From NCBI GenBank assembly GCA_026914245.1, contig CP110439.1:3038001-3102000 (forward strand): a stretch of DNA of 64,000 nt, in the 5' to 3' direction. This stretch comes from Puccinia triticina (lineage: Eukaryota). This document shows positions 25,201-36,421 of the stretch, piece by piece. The first letter of the stretch is position 1. The number at the start of each line of letters is the position of its first letter. The position numbers and the translations under genes are program-made. The notes under the pieces were generated by a model. The model saw only the letters and a list, made by a program, of their open reading frames with translations, had not been told where the DNA came from and did no database searches.

Positions 25201-25704
25201 AAATGCTAAACCCAAACTATCCCTAAAGACTTAGACTCTCAGGAAAAAACCGCTCGAACCGACTCCACTCAAAGAGAAAGGAAAACAGTCGGTGAGTAAC
25301 GTTGTCCGAGCTAAGCAAAAGAAGTAAAAGGTTGATAAGGAGCGTGCTTATTCTTCTAGCAGGAAAAGCCGAAATCCTCAGCCGCTTCGCGAGTAGATAA
25401 TCGCAGGGATCCTAAGGGCCAAAAAGGCAAAAGGGTGTAAGAACGCACGAGACTCTCACTCAGAGAAACAAGGAGCCTAAAAGCTAATACGCTACATTGC
25501 TTCCCAGGTCACTCTGGCACAAGTCGATACCGGCGCATCTTACACTTCTCATTTCTCATTATTCTCAGTAGAGAGCGGCCTATCGCCTGCTCTTAGGTAA
25601 CTCTCAACTACCTTTTCTCTCTATTTGTTTCTACGCTACAGTATCATGTTTAGATTCTGATAGAGAAATAAATCTTAGTTGCTTGAGTTCTTTCAAGTAT
25701 CACA
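22207..25704 (+). mobile_element. Ty1/Copia LTR retrotransposon, 5' truncated (integrase, RT, RNase H, 3' LTR)
   Basis: C..C..GK, IHGDLVGP, TDGGGEF, PQNNGLAER, HQLDVRSAFL, HVDD, YVDADWG, TEAEY and ADFLTKP. Domain order is IN-RT-RH. TGA stops at 22344, 23028 and 23547. Confidence 0.93.
24915..25704 (+). repeat. 3' LTR of the Copia element
   Basis: Follows the purine-rich tract AAAGCACGGGAGGC. Inverted termini TGTGA...TCACA. Confidence 0.75.
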
Positions 25705-26032
25705 CCATTTTGACAGCTAACAATTATGATGATCAGGTACTATGTATTTAAGACTCAGACTTGGCTGCATCAAGTCAAAAAACTGTGAGAGGGTCCATGG
25801 TCCAATGATCCAAACGGTTCCCCACCTGTCAAACTTTACTTCACAAAATGAAAGGACACAACCACTGCAAATTGCAAGCAGCCAGCTACTTTGCACTGAT
25901 TTTTCCAAAAGGAACAAGGAAAAGATGCCTAAGAAGCAAGGCTATCCACTTTGCTGATTCAGAATTGCTCTGAAGGGCTTGGTTTTTGCTTAAATGACTC
26001 TTGAGCTTAAAAATGGTGAAAAATTCATCATG

Positions 26033-26319
26033 TACTTTGCGCACTGCGAAAAACTTGTTGCGCACTGCAGGGGGCGTCCACTCGACATCCCGGCCACAGT
26101 GCACGGAAGCTCAAAATGCTTTGCGCACTGCAAATGAAAAGCTTGAAATTCTCATTTTTTTTCTGCCAGCCGGCAGAGGGGATTTTTCTTGCCCCTCCTC
26201 CATTTTCTCAGGGTATTTGGACCCCCAGCATGACATAAAAAAAGGATGATAAAAAAATACAAAAAATGAAGCGGAGCGCCTCCCCGGGGCGCACCCCCCG
26301 GGGATTTTTAACCTGCTAA
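26033..26319. repeat. Solitary terminal segment related to the 40057-41617 foldback arms
   Basis: Shares TACTTTGCGCA..GCGAAAAAC, GAGGGGATTTTTCT and CCGGGGA.TTTT.ACCTGCTAA in the same order and similar spacing. Confidence 0.55.
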
Positions 26320-26783
26320 AAAGCCACACAGGTGAATTTTGAGGTAAGCCTCTCCTACCAAGAGTCCCTTCAGGACCCTTGTTTGAGAGGCTTGGTTAAG
26401 CTTGCCATTGAGAGGGGTGTCTCCTCTGGAGGACAGGTCATGGAGCAGGGGGAATCAGAGGTAGCCCCTTTCACAACCTGGAGGTGCTATTTTAGGAACG
26501 CTGTGGTGTGAAAAAGTCTTTGGGCGGGGACTGCAACTGTGACACAGTTGCGGAAGTTGGGGATTTAGTCTCTCAGGTAGTCCCACCTGGTGGAGATGCT
26601 CTTAGTTTCAGTCAGGTCTGGTTCCAAATTTGATGTTGAAAAATTGGGAAAATTCAATTCAAAATTATTTGCTTGCAACCACACAAAGATAAACTGAAAC
26701 ACTACATGTTATTGTAGAGCCAGATTGGGTGGAAAATCATAGCAAACCATAAAAAAGGAACTAAAATACAGAAGTCAAAAGAG

Positions 26784-26863
26784 TGCTGAGAGGGGGATTC
26801 GAACCCCCGCAGGTTGCCCTACTGGGAAGTCCACCTGACGGCGGAAGTGGTCACACGACGTCA

Positions 26864-26897
<34 letters not shown>

Positions 26898-26901
26898 CAG
26901 C
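26784..26901 (-). tRNA. tRNA-Leu(CAA) with an ~36-nt intron
   Basis: Acceptor stem GCTGAGA/TCTCAGC, D arm TCCGAGCGGTCTAAGGA, anticodon loop TT-CAA-G, long variable arm AGGGCAACCT, T arm GGGGG-TTCGAAT-CCCCC, downstream TTTT. Confidence 0.92.
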
Positions 26902-27163
26902 ATGACCACAGTGCCTGAGGTGCTTGTTATATTCTCTCTGCACATGACATGAGTGTTCATCAACGCTTCACAAATCACAATTCAACAGGCTTGACCCCGC
27001 CACTATCCATGAAGTATGTGGATAGGTGCGAGTCATAAATTAAACATGTATAAGAAAAATTAAGAACACAAGGGAAAACAACATAGCACAAGTACATCCT
27101 TTGGGTCTACCACTGATAATTATTTGTCTACAAAAGAAGCTCTGAGAAATTGACGTGGGTCGA

Positions 27164-30100
27164 TTATCCCGTTCGACCGGCTCGTTTGGCAAGTGCAGCA
27201 GCCAGATCCATTTGACCCACCCCAGGGTTTCCACCAGGCCGAACATTAGGCTTACTGGACAGTATAGGGGGTGGAGGTCCCCCGACGCCGGTAGGTTTAG
27301 GAGCTAAAGCTGGTGGTTTCGGTTTGGGTGGTGGGGGAGGTGGCCCTTTGGACCCGCTCTTCAACGAAGGACTAGGATTGGGGCTACTGGATGGGCTCTG
27401 AGATTCACCGGTTTGGCCAGCTGCAGCAGCTCGCTTGGCAGCCAGAATACCCGCCAGTCCGTTCACGTGTCCCATCCCGGGCATCACTGCAACCGGGGCA
27501 GAAGACGAGTCTGCCGTTTTTAAGCCAAGACCAATTGTTGGAGTCGATCTAGTCGCCGAGGTTTGGGTGCTCGGGGTTGACATTGCAGGAGGCGGTCGTG
27601 CAGCTGGTCGGCTGGGCGCAGTTGGAGGCCGAGGCTCAAGTTGCAAATAATTCGATGGCGCCCAACCTTGCGCGGCTCCTTTCTTGATTAACCACCAGCC
27701 ATTGTCCGCTGCGAATCAAGTTTCACTAATATCAATTTCAAATTCTTTATCGACAAATTATTTCCCCACTTACCTTCCTGTATCACTTCAACCAAGTCAC
27801 CCTTTACCAAAGCCATCTCACCTGCTTCTTCGGTTTCAAACGCGCATATGCTGTAGCACGAGTGGACATGTAAGCTTAGGGAGTTTTAAAGTTAATTTTT
27901 AGAGATGTCACTAACGCTAGATACAGAGCCACATCTGGTTCGCTGGGAGCTTTTACTGGGGGTGGCGGTCGTGGTGGTGGAGCTTTGACGGGAGCCGCGT
28001 TACCCAATGACTTTACAGGCGGTGCACGAGCTGAAGAGTTGGAAGAGGTAGGTGGTGCAGGTGGTGGTGGTGGTGGTGGAGCGGGAGGCCCACCCGCTGC
28101 TTTAAAGCCTGATGGAGCAAGCGGTACACGAGCTGAGGAATTTGACGTTTGGGGTGGGGGTGGTGGCGGTGGTGATGGGCCACTTGCAGATTTGAATCCC
28201 AGCGCAGCAGGCGCTCCACCCCCTGCGCCAGGGAGAGGACGCGCCTGAGGGGTCGGACGAGCCTGAGGTCGGGGTTTCTGTGAAGCGGTGTCCGAAATGA
28301 AAAAAGAAGGACTAGAAAAGGCAATACTGAGATAAACGGCTCACACTCTCTGAAGGTCCACCCTTCCGCAGTAACTTGCCACTAGTGATTGGCCGTATCA
28401 AACCGGGTTTCTTCTTGGGATACGGAGAAGATACGCTTGTGCCTGGTTGCCCAGAGGGCACGGAGACGGTGTGACTCTTGTAAACGTCACCTCGTTGAAT
28501 AGTCTCGTCCTTCTGAAATTTTATCACAGCCATCTTGTCTTTTTTCTTACGATACGAAATGCTGGTATAACACGTTTTTCATCAAATTCAGCCCATACTC
28601 CAAGAGCCTCATCGGCGTTTCCAAATAATGACACTTACGTCGGGCCTATGTTAACAGTCAACGAGCTTTGAAGTTGTTTCAAACGAGTAATGAGCTCCGT
28701 CTTGAACACGCACGATAAAAGTGGATCCTGCTCTTCTGAATTGCTGACATTGAGAACCTATCACGAGTAACTGTGAGCTACTTCCTCATGAAAACACCTG
28801 GTCCACAAAGCGATTACTCACGATCCAATCATCCCTCAAGTGAGATACGCCGACTGAATTGATCACCGATACATTAATCTTCCGCTCCACTACGGTCTCC
28901 GAACGTTTCTGGCCGTCATTGCTGGGCACTAGTTGCGTAATCAATATGTAAATTGCGCGATCCGTTAAGACCAGAAACCTAGGTGATAGTTTGCTGGAAC
29001 GTCCCAATTTTGACACCAAAATTTGGGCCTTGGAGCTAAAGATTATTCGTTCGCTAGTATTCATACCCAATTTGCTGTATAGCATTTCGCCCAGCGCACT
29101 TTTTTTAGTCTTACCGTCAAGGCCACCAACATTCAAATAGTCGCCTAGGAATTTGCGCGATCCTAATAAGCTAAATCTCCGGCGTTCCTTTCGACCGCCA
29201 AGTACCTGATGGCCCGCATCACGCAACTGAAGATAAACGATCCCTTCTTTGTTGTTTCTCCAAGCTCGTTGGATTCGCGTCGCACATTCATTTCGATATC
29301 TTATAAAGTTTCTCCACGCTCTTTGAATTCTCGCTGCCATGTTGTGCCAATATCGATCGCGCATATGCTCAAGGGCAAAAAGCTGTTAAGAGAAGATGTC
29401 TACATGTAAGCAAATGGCATATTTGTGTTCTGGTTATAAACTTGGGCTCACGGTCTCGGGGTTCTTGATAAAAGCTTTGGTAGTACCCATTTGCCATTCT
29501 TCGCGGGCAATACCAACATCTTTGAGGATTTTTTCACAGCCAGAACGAGAGTCGCCATTCCAAATGTAATCACCGGCGTAGGAGGTGGCTGGAGACAAGA
29601 GGTAGAAACGTTGGACGACCTGTTCGAATGTGTTTCGATAAGCAAAACCGGCTCGCCTAATGCGGATGTTTTCTTGTAAACCTAGATATTTGATTTGATG
29701 CAAGATGGCCGGGGAGTCATACTCGGTAGGCGATTTCGACTGGTTGGGCTTGATGGTTCGGATGTAGGACGGCTGAGAGCGCATCAGCTTTTCAACCAGG
29801 GCATTGGCAGACATCTTGATCTTATCTCCCTGACTAGGTGGGCGTTTTTTGGAGTTGGCGTCGATTCGTTCCGTGAAGAGTTGACCGGTGATAAACGAGT
29901 TGTGGGATGATTGGACTAGCTCCAAAAGATCTTTGCCGAGAGCGTCTTTGTTTTTGTCGGTCATGCCTTGGATGTCATACAAGACATCACCCGCGTAATG
30001 CTTGATCAAAAATTTGTTCCCACGTGCCTCAAAATGCGGGTTACTGGCCAACATAGATGTACGCTGAGAAAACGAGTTGTCTGCTGCAGATGAGTCGGCA

Positions 30101-32149
30101 TGGGCTGTTGCTGTAGCATCATTCATGGCTGCAAATATACCGGGAGGTCGCTTCTCGTCAATCAAATCACAAACGATCTTGTTGTTGAAAAACTTAATGG
30201 GCGTCCATGTAATCTGTTCATTTGCATATTCCTCTTGTTCTTTCTTCAAAGTCAATTCAATGAAAATTTGCTGAAGGCGTTCATTGACATAATTGATACA
30301 CAGTTGTTCAAATGAGTTATCTGAGCAAATTGATAGAGTGGTGTTAGCAAAAAAATCATTCAAATCAGCAATATAGAACGGTTGAATTGACATTCAATAT
30401 CGCGCTAAGTGAGAACTGTGGGCCATGTAGACGTACGCTCAAAGATCTCGAACCCATAGATATCAAGAACCCCAATGACGTATGACGCAGATGTCCGGGA
30501 TTTCATTGAAATATTGACTCGTGCAACAATCCATTCGAACAGATTGTTGTAAACAGCCTTAGCCAGAGCGTCTCGGGCAGCTGCTGCCTGAACAGTGTTC
30601 AGCGGGACCTCGTAAACACTCCCGCGCTTCATTCCACGTTGAGTTTCCATCGTACGACTCGTTAAAACCTTCTTGACCATATTGACATCAACTTCCAAAA
30701 GGTAAGCTACGAATTCGATTACACTTTCGTCCATCACGTATGCATTCCCTTCTTCGTTTTCAGCGTACTGAACATTCCCCAGCCATAGAACGGTAGCTAG
30801 CATCTTCAGAATGTTTGATTGTTCGTCTGCACTCAATCCAATTGTTTGCATTGCTTGCAGAGTTTGGTTCCATTCATCAACATCGTCCATCTGTGGCACA
30901 TCTAGACAACCAGAGCGGGAAGTGTAGTAATAAGCCGATGGATCTTGGATACCGTATTCTTCTCGTTGTTGTGGCGAGGCTCCCTTGGTAAATTGATAAA
31001 ATATGTGAAAGTTCCGCTCATCATCAATTTGCCCAACAATCCGGCCCTGAATTCAAACGCGAAAGAAATCTAATCAGTCAGGCAGAATTAAAGAGGGTTA
31101 ATTCTATTTAGAGACCTTCTCAAGGAGATAGTTGGTAATCATCGCTCCAACGGGTTCTCCGTTGGGGCCGAATTCAATCTCCAAATATTTTCCATGCCGA
31201 CTGCTGTTGTTGTTTCGTAGGGTTTTGGCGCAGCCGAAACTTTCCAGGAGCGGGTTGGTGGCGAGGACCATATCCTTAACGCCGGTGATTCCTTTGCCCG
31301 ATTGATTGTGATCTTCTCCGGCCACCGCAGCAATGTACTCCATAATTTTCTTTGCGGCCTCAGTCTTTCCAGCCCCTGTTGACCAATAGAGTGAGAGTCA
31401 AAACACTGAAGAGATATCGAGAAGTTGTGATTATAACAATGACCTGATTCTCCGGAGATTATCACACATTGATTTGTGGAATACGCCATCATGTTGTAGT
31501 ACATGCTTTCAGCTACGGCGTAAACGTGTGGGGGCATCTCTAATCGATTTTTCCCTTTGTAAGAATTCAGTATTTCTGGGCCATAAATTGGTAGCATTCG
31601 AAATGGGTTGACGGAAATCAATACATGCCCAATATAAGTCTGACAAAAAACCGAATTAAACAAGTTGAATACGGATCAGTTTTCGATGGCGAACAAGTTC
31701 AAGCAGAGGATCTTGAGTATGATGATGAAAACAAACGTATATCTCCGCGTTCTCGAAGCGTTTTTTCAAATTATCATTGATTGCATCATTTGATATGGTA
31801 CTGAGTAAGGTCATATCTGAGACTCCGGCGCCTTTCTAGAAGTGAGGACAAAATGAATGACGAGAGAACGATATTATGACGATTCAAAAGACGAATAAAA
31901 CACAGAACTGGTCAAAACAAGCTGAACGAATATGTTGATGAGCTAACCTGAGAAGACTGACCTTCTTGAAAGAATCCGCCCAATCTGCCTTGGTGACACC
32001 TCCATTTTGGGATCTACCACGACTGGGGTCATTCTTTTGAGACTTTTTGCCTGCTTTTTTGGACGGGGCCTAGAAGAGAATACTGGTTCAGTATGACGTA
32101 GACAAACTTTGGTAAGATGAATGAATGAAATACGAGGTTGACTGACCAT
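27164..32149 (-). CDS. myo1: Class I myosin (motor, IQ, TH1, Pro-rich, SH3), multi-exon
   Basis: [53 protein letters not shown] motifs and SH3 GWWL...WAPSNYL. Confidence 0.96.
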
Positions 32150-32493
32150 CTTTTCAGATTCGGGGGAGCGGCGGCGCGTCCGGGGAAGTCGATGACAAGG
32201 TTCGAATTTGTTGCCGGCAGGTGCTGGAGGGTATCACCAGTAGCAAGGATGTGGCGATTGAAGAGTGGTGGTGGATGGAAGGCGGTGCCATAGGGCGGTC
32301 ACTCTCCAGGGCGAGTTGGATGTGCTGCGACCGAGGGCTGTCACGTGGGAAACCCTGTGACAGAAGGCCGCCGCCCCAGGCCACCCAGCCTTTCCATTTT
32401 CGTGAACTGAATTTGTAACCGATCTCATCACTTGTCTCTGCGAGTACTGAAATCTTTTTAAGGCTTGGTAGATCAGAGGGAACCGTCTTGTGA

Positions 32494-32855
32494 ATGTCCA
32501 GGACGGCCAAACTAACTCTCCTCTTGACCTCATCAATCACTGGACTGACTGTCTGGGGGGTGCATTTCTTGCAAACATCGGAAAGAGATGTAAGCATGAG
32601 GGAAACCTCAATTTTTCTTTTCATTCAGCTTCCAAAGTCGAGCTACGAATCACTGAGCCAAACTAAGCTACCAAAAAGCTGACTAGACAAAATATTTTCT
32701 TCTTGTTCGAATAATACCAGGCTATGTATCAAGGCGTCATCAGGGATAAGGAGCGAATCGAAGCGAGACTAGCCCAATTGGCTCGAGAAGCGGAATTCGA
32801 ACAACAGAAACTCAAACGGGAACATCTTGAAAGTATCCAACCCGAGCTTAAATAA
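32494..32855 (+). CDS. PET117: PET117 cytochrome c oxidase assembly factor (2 exons)
   Basis: MSRTAKLTL...TVWGVHFLQTSERD|AMYQGVIRDKER...EFEQQ. Intron 32590-32720. Confidence 0.88.
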
Positions 32856-34399
32856 GCCCACAAGGACATCCGAGCGGTTCCATCTTGAGAGGACTGATGG
32901 ACGAGCAGTAGATCTCGCCCGGATTTTCCAGCCCTTGTTCGTCGTATTCCTCTTCATTCACACATCTCTCAACCTCACCTGATCTGATCCACTTTCTGAC
33001 ATCACATCCTCCTTACACCAGGCTTTTGTAGTTAGCTTATCTATTTGGTTTCTTCGAGATATTTTTTGACATGTTCTACTATCACCAATCCAAAAGACAC
33101 CGCCGGCAATCATAGTAATGCTGGCTATGCAATAGATCTGTCTCACTCAGACTCGCTGCCATTCTTCACAAGCATTGTCAATTGGTGTTGAATCAAACAT
33201 GGTTCCTGTTTCTTCAGACTCGCGGGTCAGATTGACCCGAAATCAACTATATCCCTCTCTTGCCTGAGGCTCTGCCGGAAGGACTTATGACTTGTCAGGA
33301 ATGTTGGTGTGACAAAATTTTGTTTTTGGTGGTACTGTTTCTCTTTGAACACCTTGGAAACACCAAACCTTTGAAGCTTCTGATGGATGAATTGATATGC
33401 ATCCATCTTCCCTCCTTCTGATTTGATTTCAGATTCCCTCACCTCTGATCTTCATCCCTCTTTTATTTTTCTAAAACATCTGTTTCTTCAAGTACCTTGG
33501 ACTTTACACCAGATCAGAAGATAGATCTAAGTGCCCTCATTCCAAGGTCTATTTGGTGATACATACAACATTATGCAAGTATGTGTGCCTCTTGTTTTTA
33601 TCAATGCCAATGGAGATCTATGTTCTTTTTTTGTGTCTCATTACCTTCCCTCTGTTTTTGGTGCCTCAGCGCGGAGATCATAGATCATGTAGGCCTGATC
33701 AAGCTTGATAGCTTTGAGTGGCTCCCAACAGGGTTAGGTCAGTGCACTATGCAGATACAAGATGGTACTGGACAAAATAGTGATATGTGTTGAAACTGCA
33801 ACTGCCCAGGCTCCATTTCTCTCCCTTTCACACATCTGCCACTCTTTTTTCCTCCCTCCAGACAAATATGCTTTTACACCTTCTGCCCACAACTTTTTCC
33901 TCAGTTTCAATGGCTACAAAGTCTACTCATTTGGATAATCAAAACACCATCAGTTTTCTGCGCCTGTTCCCTGATACCAACATCCAGTCTCTTGTAGTAT
34001 GTGTGCCTTTTTCCACTGCACAAGCTAGCAGCTTTAGCCCTCTTTGAGGGCTTCCTTGTCTTTGTCCTCCGCCTCTGAGCTTTTTTCCTCAAGGCCATTT
34101 TCTCACATCCTTGCTGCCTTTTGTTGCAGCTCCAACAATATGCTCACATCACAATTGTTTTGCTTTTTATTCTTGTTTTCTTTTTTTTTAGAAAAATGGT
34201 TGAGCTGGATATCTGAAAAATGAAATACATGATAATTTTGGTGAGAGGAATTCCATTCAGGAAAGCTGGGTCTTCTGTGTAAGGGTTGAGAATTCACTGA
34301 GTAATGAGTGATTTAAAAATCAATGAGGTCGATTATCTGGTTGTCTTGCACAAGGATCCTGATAAGTCATAAGTATTGAGCAAGTGAAAAGAAAGGTCC

Positions 34400-34614
34400 A
34401 AGTAAAGTGGGTGTTGAACCCACAAACTTGAGTATTGTGAGAGTCAAACTCACAAATTCAGCATTCATGAGTCATGCTCTAACCATTGACACAGTGGGCA
34501 ATCCGCTGTTGCACACAGCCCGCAGCAGCACCCAAGTAAAGGGGGACTCTTGGCTTGGGTGTTGCTGTGGGCTGCGTGCAACAGCCAAATGCCCGCTGTG
34601 TGAGCTAAGTACAC
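34400..34614 (-). pseudogene. tRNA-like relic interrupted by a MITE
   Basis: Removing the insert gives TAGCTCAATGGTTAGAGCA (D arm/A box), with GTGGGTTCAACACCCAC (T arm/B box) downstream. The acceptor stem does not pair. Confidence 0.5.
34490..34600. mobile_element. 111-bp foldback MITE with CAC termini and 3-bp TSD
   Basis: ~48-bp inverted arms CACAGTGGGC.../...GCCCGCTGTG, with TGA on both flanks. Confidence 0.8.
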
Positions 34615-34977
34615 ATTGCTATGTTGCAGTTGAATACAGTAGATGTATGCTTATGATGATGTGTGATGTTGCCTCCAATGATGATTGGATGTGTAAGCAA
34701 CAATGTGTTAAGCAGTGCTAGATTGACACTTCAACAATAAGTCCCTCCGGCAAATCCTCAGGCAAGGAGGACTTACTTGATTTTGAGATTCAACCATCCT
34801 GCCCCTTAGAAACAAACTGTGGCAGAGGATTCAACAGATTCTAGCTCATTGATTTGTTAGGTTCACACCTAGGTAATCACCATCCTTCTCATAAATTGAG
34901 AAGGATGCTGCAAAACAAACAAGCTGCGGGAAGTGGTAAGTAAAGCAAATCTTTTGCACAGTCCAAATGCAGAAGGA

Positions 34978-35180
34978 CAGTAGTTGTAAAACTTATTAAA
35001 TCCTTAGTAGTGCATGCAGTAGTTGTAAAACTTATTAAATCCTTAGTAGTGCATGCAGGTCAGCAGTAGTTGTAAAACTTATTAAATCCTTAGTAGTGCA
35101 TGCAGTAGTTGTAAAACTTATTAAATCCTTAGTAGTGCAGTTGTAAAACTTATTAAATCCTTAGTAGTGCATGCAGGTCA
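34978..35180. repeat. Minisatellite, five copies of an ~39-bp unit
   Basis: CAGTAGTTGTAAAACTTATTAAATCCTTAGTAGTGCATG repeated head to tail. Confidence 0.95.
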
Positions 35181-35531
35181 AATTAATGTAGGCAGGAAGA
35201 TTCAGCTTGAGGAAAATCCCATCCAAAGGTTCCTATCCAAGAGAATCACAATAAGCGCCAAAGGAAAGTGGTGTGAAAGAAAATAGAAAAAAGAGACACA
35301 GAGACTGATGGAGAAGCTATGTCAACAGTCACATAAATTGCAGATAATTTCACAATACTCCTAAATTGTTTCACCGGAGCCAGCTCAAAAGATGCCAAAC
35401 GGCTCAGGCCATATACAAGTAAGGAACCTAGCCATCTCCTATCTTTAAAAGGTTAAAAAGCAGCTAATGCTAATCACATCAACCCTGAAAATGTTACAAT
35501 AGATGTAAATTAAAGGCTGTTACACTTTATT

Positions 35532-35730
35532 CAAGGTGTTCAAAGTTGAAATCATAAAATTTTTGAATCATAAAATCATAAAATCATAAACCTTTGGGTG
35601 ATAATTTTTTATGTACCATTTTCAAACTATTGCTCTGTTTTGAGTGTTGGGGTGGTACATATTTTTTCTGCTTAAAATTTTATGATTTTATGGTGTTATG
35701 ATTTTATGCAAGTCAACTTTGAACACCTTA
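35532..35730. mobile_element. MITE, TAWGG-terminal family
   Basis: CAAGGTGTTCAAAGTTG / CAACTTTGAACACCTTA with ATT duplicated. ATCATAAA subrepeats. Confidence 0.8.
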
Positions 35731-35929
35731 ATTGTAACTGGACACTAATACATGCTTTTCCAAAAAAGCATGGAGTGCATTGCTGTGCTTATGCACTACT
35801 GATGCAAAGTACTGGCGTTGCCACTATTTCATTTCCAGGATTACAATAGCACATTGGAGGTTGATACACCACTTTTGCAGGCTATTTTGTATTGGAGTAG
35901 TGGTGAATCAACCCCTTGATACACTCTGA

Positions 35930-36258
35930 TGTGAAAAATCATGTAGTGCATTGGCCAGCCGCCATGAATACCCAATCTAACACCACTATTTTAAGATACA
36001 CTACTAACCGCTGCAGATATCTTTAGTGTAATGGTTTCAGTGTTGCTCATATTTATACAGATTAGATCTCAGTGATCTCAGAGCAATCAGTTCATTCCCT
36101 TATTATTTTTTTTGTGTCTTTACATAGGAGAGAGTGGTTTTTCTGCTGCTCTTAGGTAAAAATTTCTCTCATAGTTCACTCACTAACAATTTTAAATAAA
36201 ACTAGAATTATTGTGTAACTAAGAAATGAATCTTCTTAGTCCTTTGAATTCTTTCACA
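35930..36258 (+). repeat. Probable solo LTR (Copia-like)
   Basis: TGTGAAA...TTTCACA termini. The 3' part resembles the 24915-25704 LTR (GAGAG.GG...CTGCTCTTAGGTAA, TCTTAGT..TTGA.TTCTTTCA). TSD matches only 3 of 5. Confidence 0.5.
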
Positions 36259-36421
36259 ATTGAGATTCAAACTCCTGCCAAAATAATATCTTGCACCAAT
36301 ATACATGCTACAAACCTGGATTATATTTTCTTTCACATATGTTTTATCCCCAAATAATCACAGAATATGATATGGTGATTCTGAAAAGAAATTGAAAATG
36401 TTGATTTCCTGATTCTGTCAT

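Noticed and set aside
34978..35180. CRISPR-like array
   Set aside because: The units are contiguous with no unique spacers, there are no cas genes and the context is eukaryotic.
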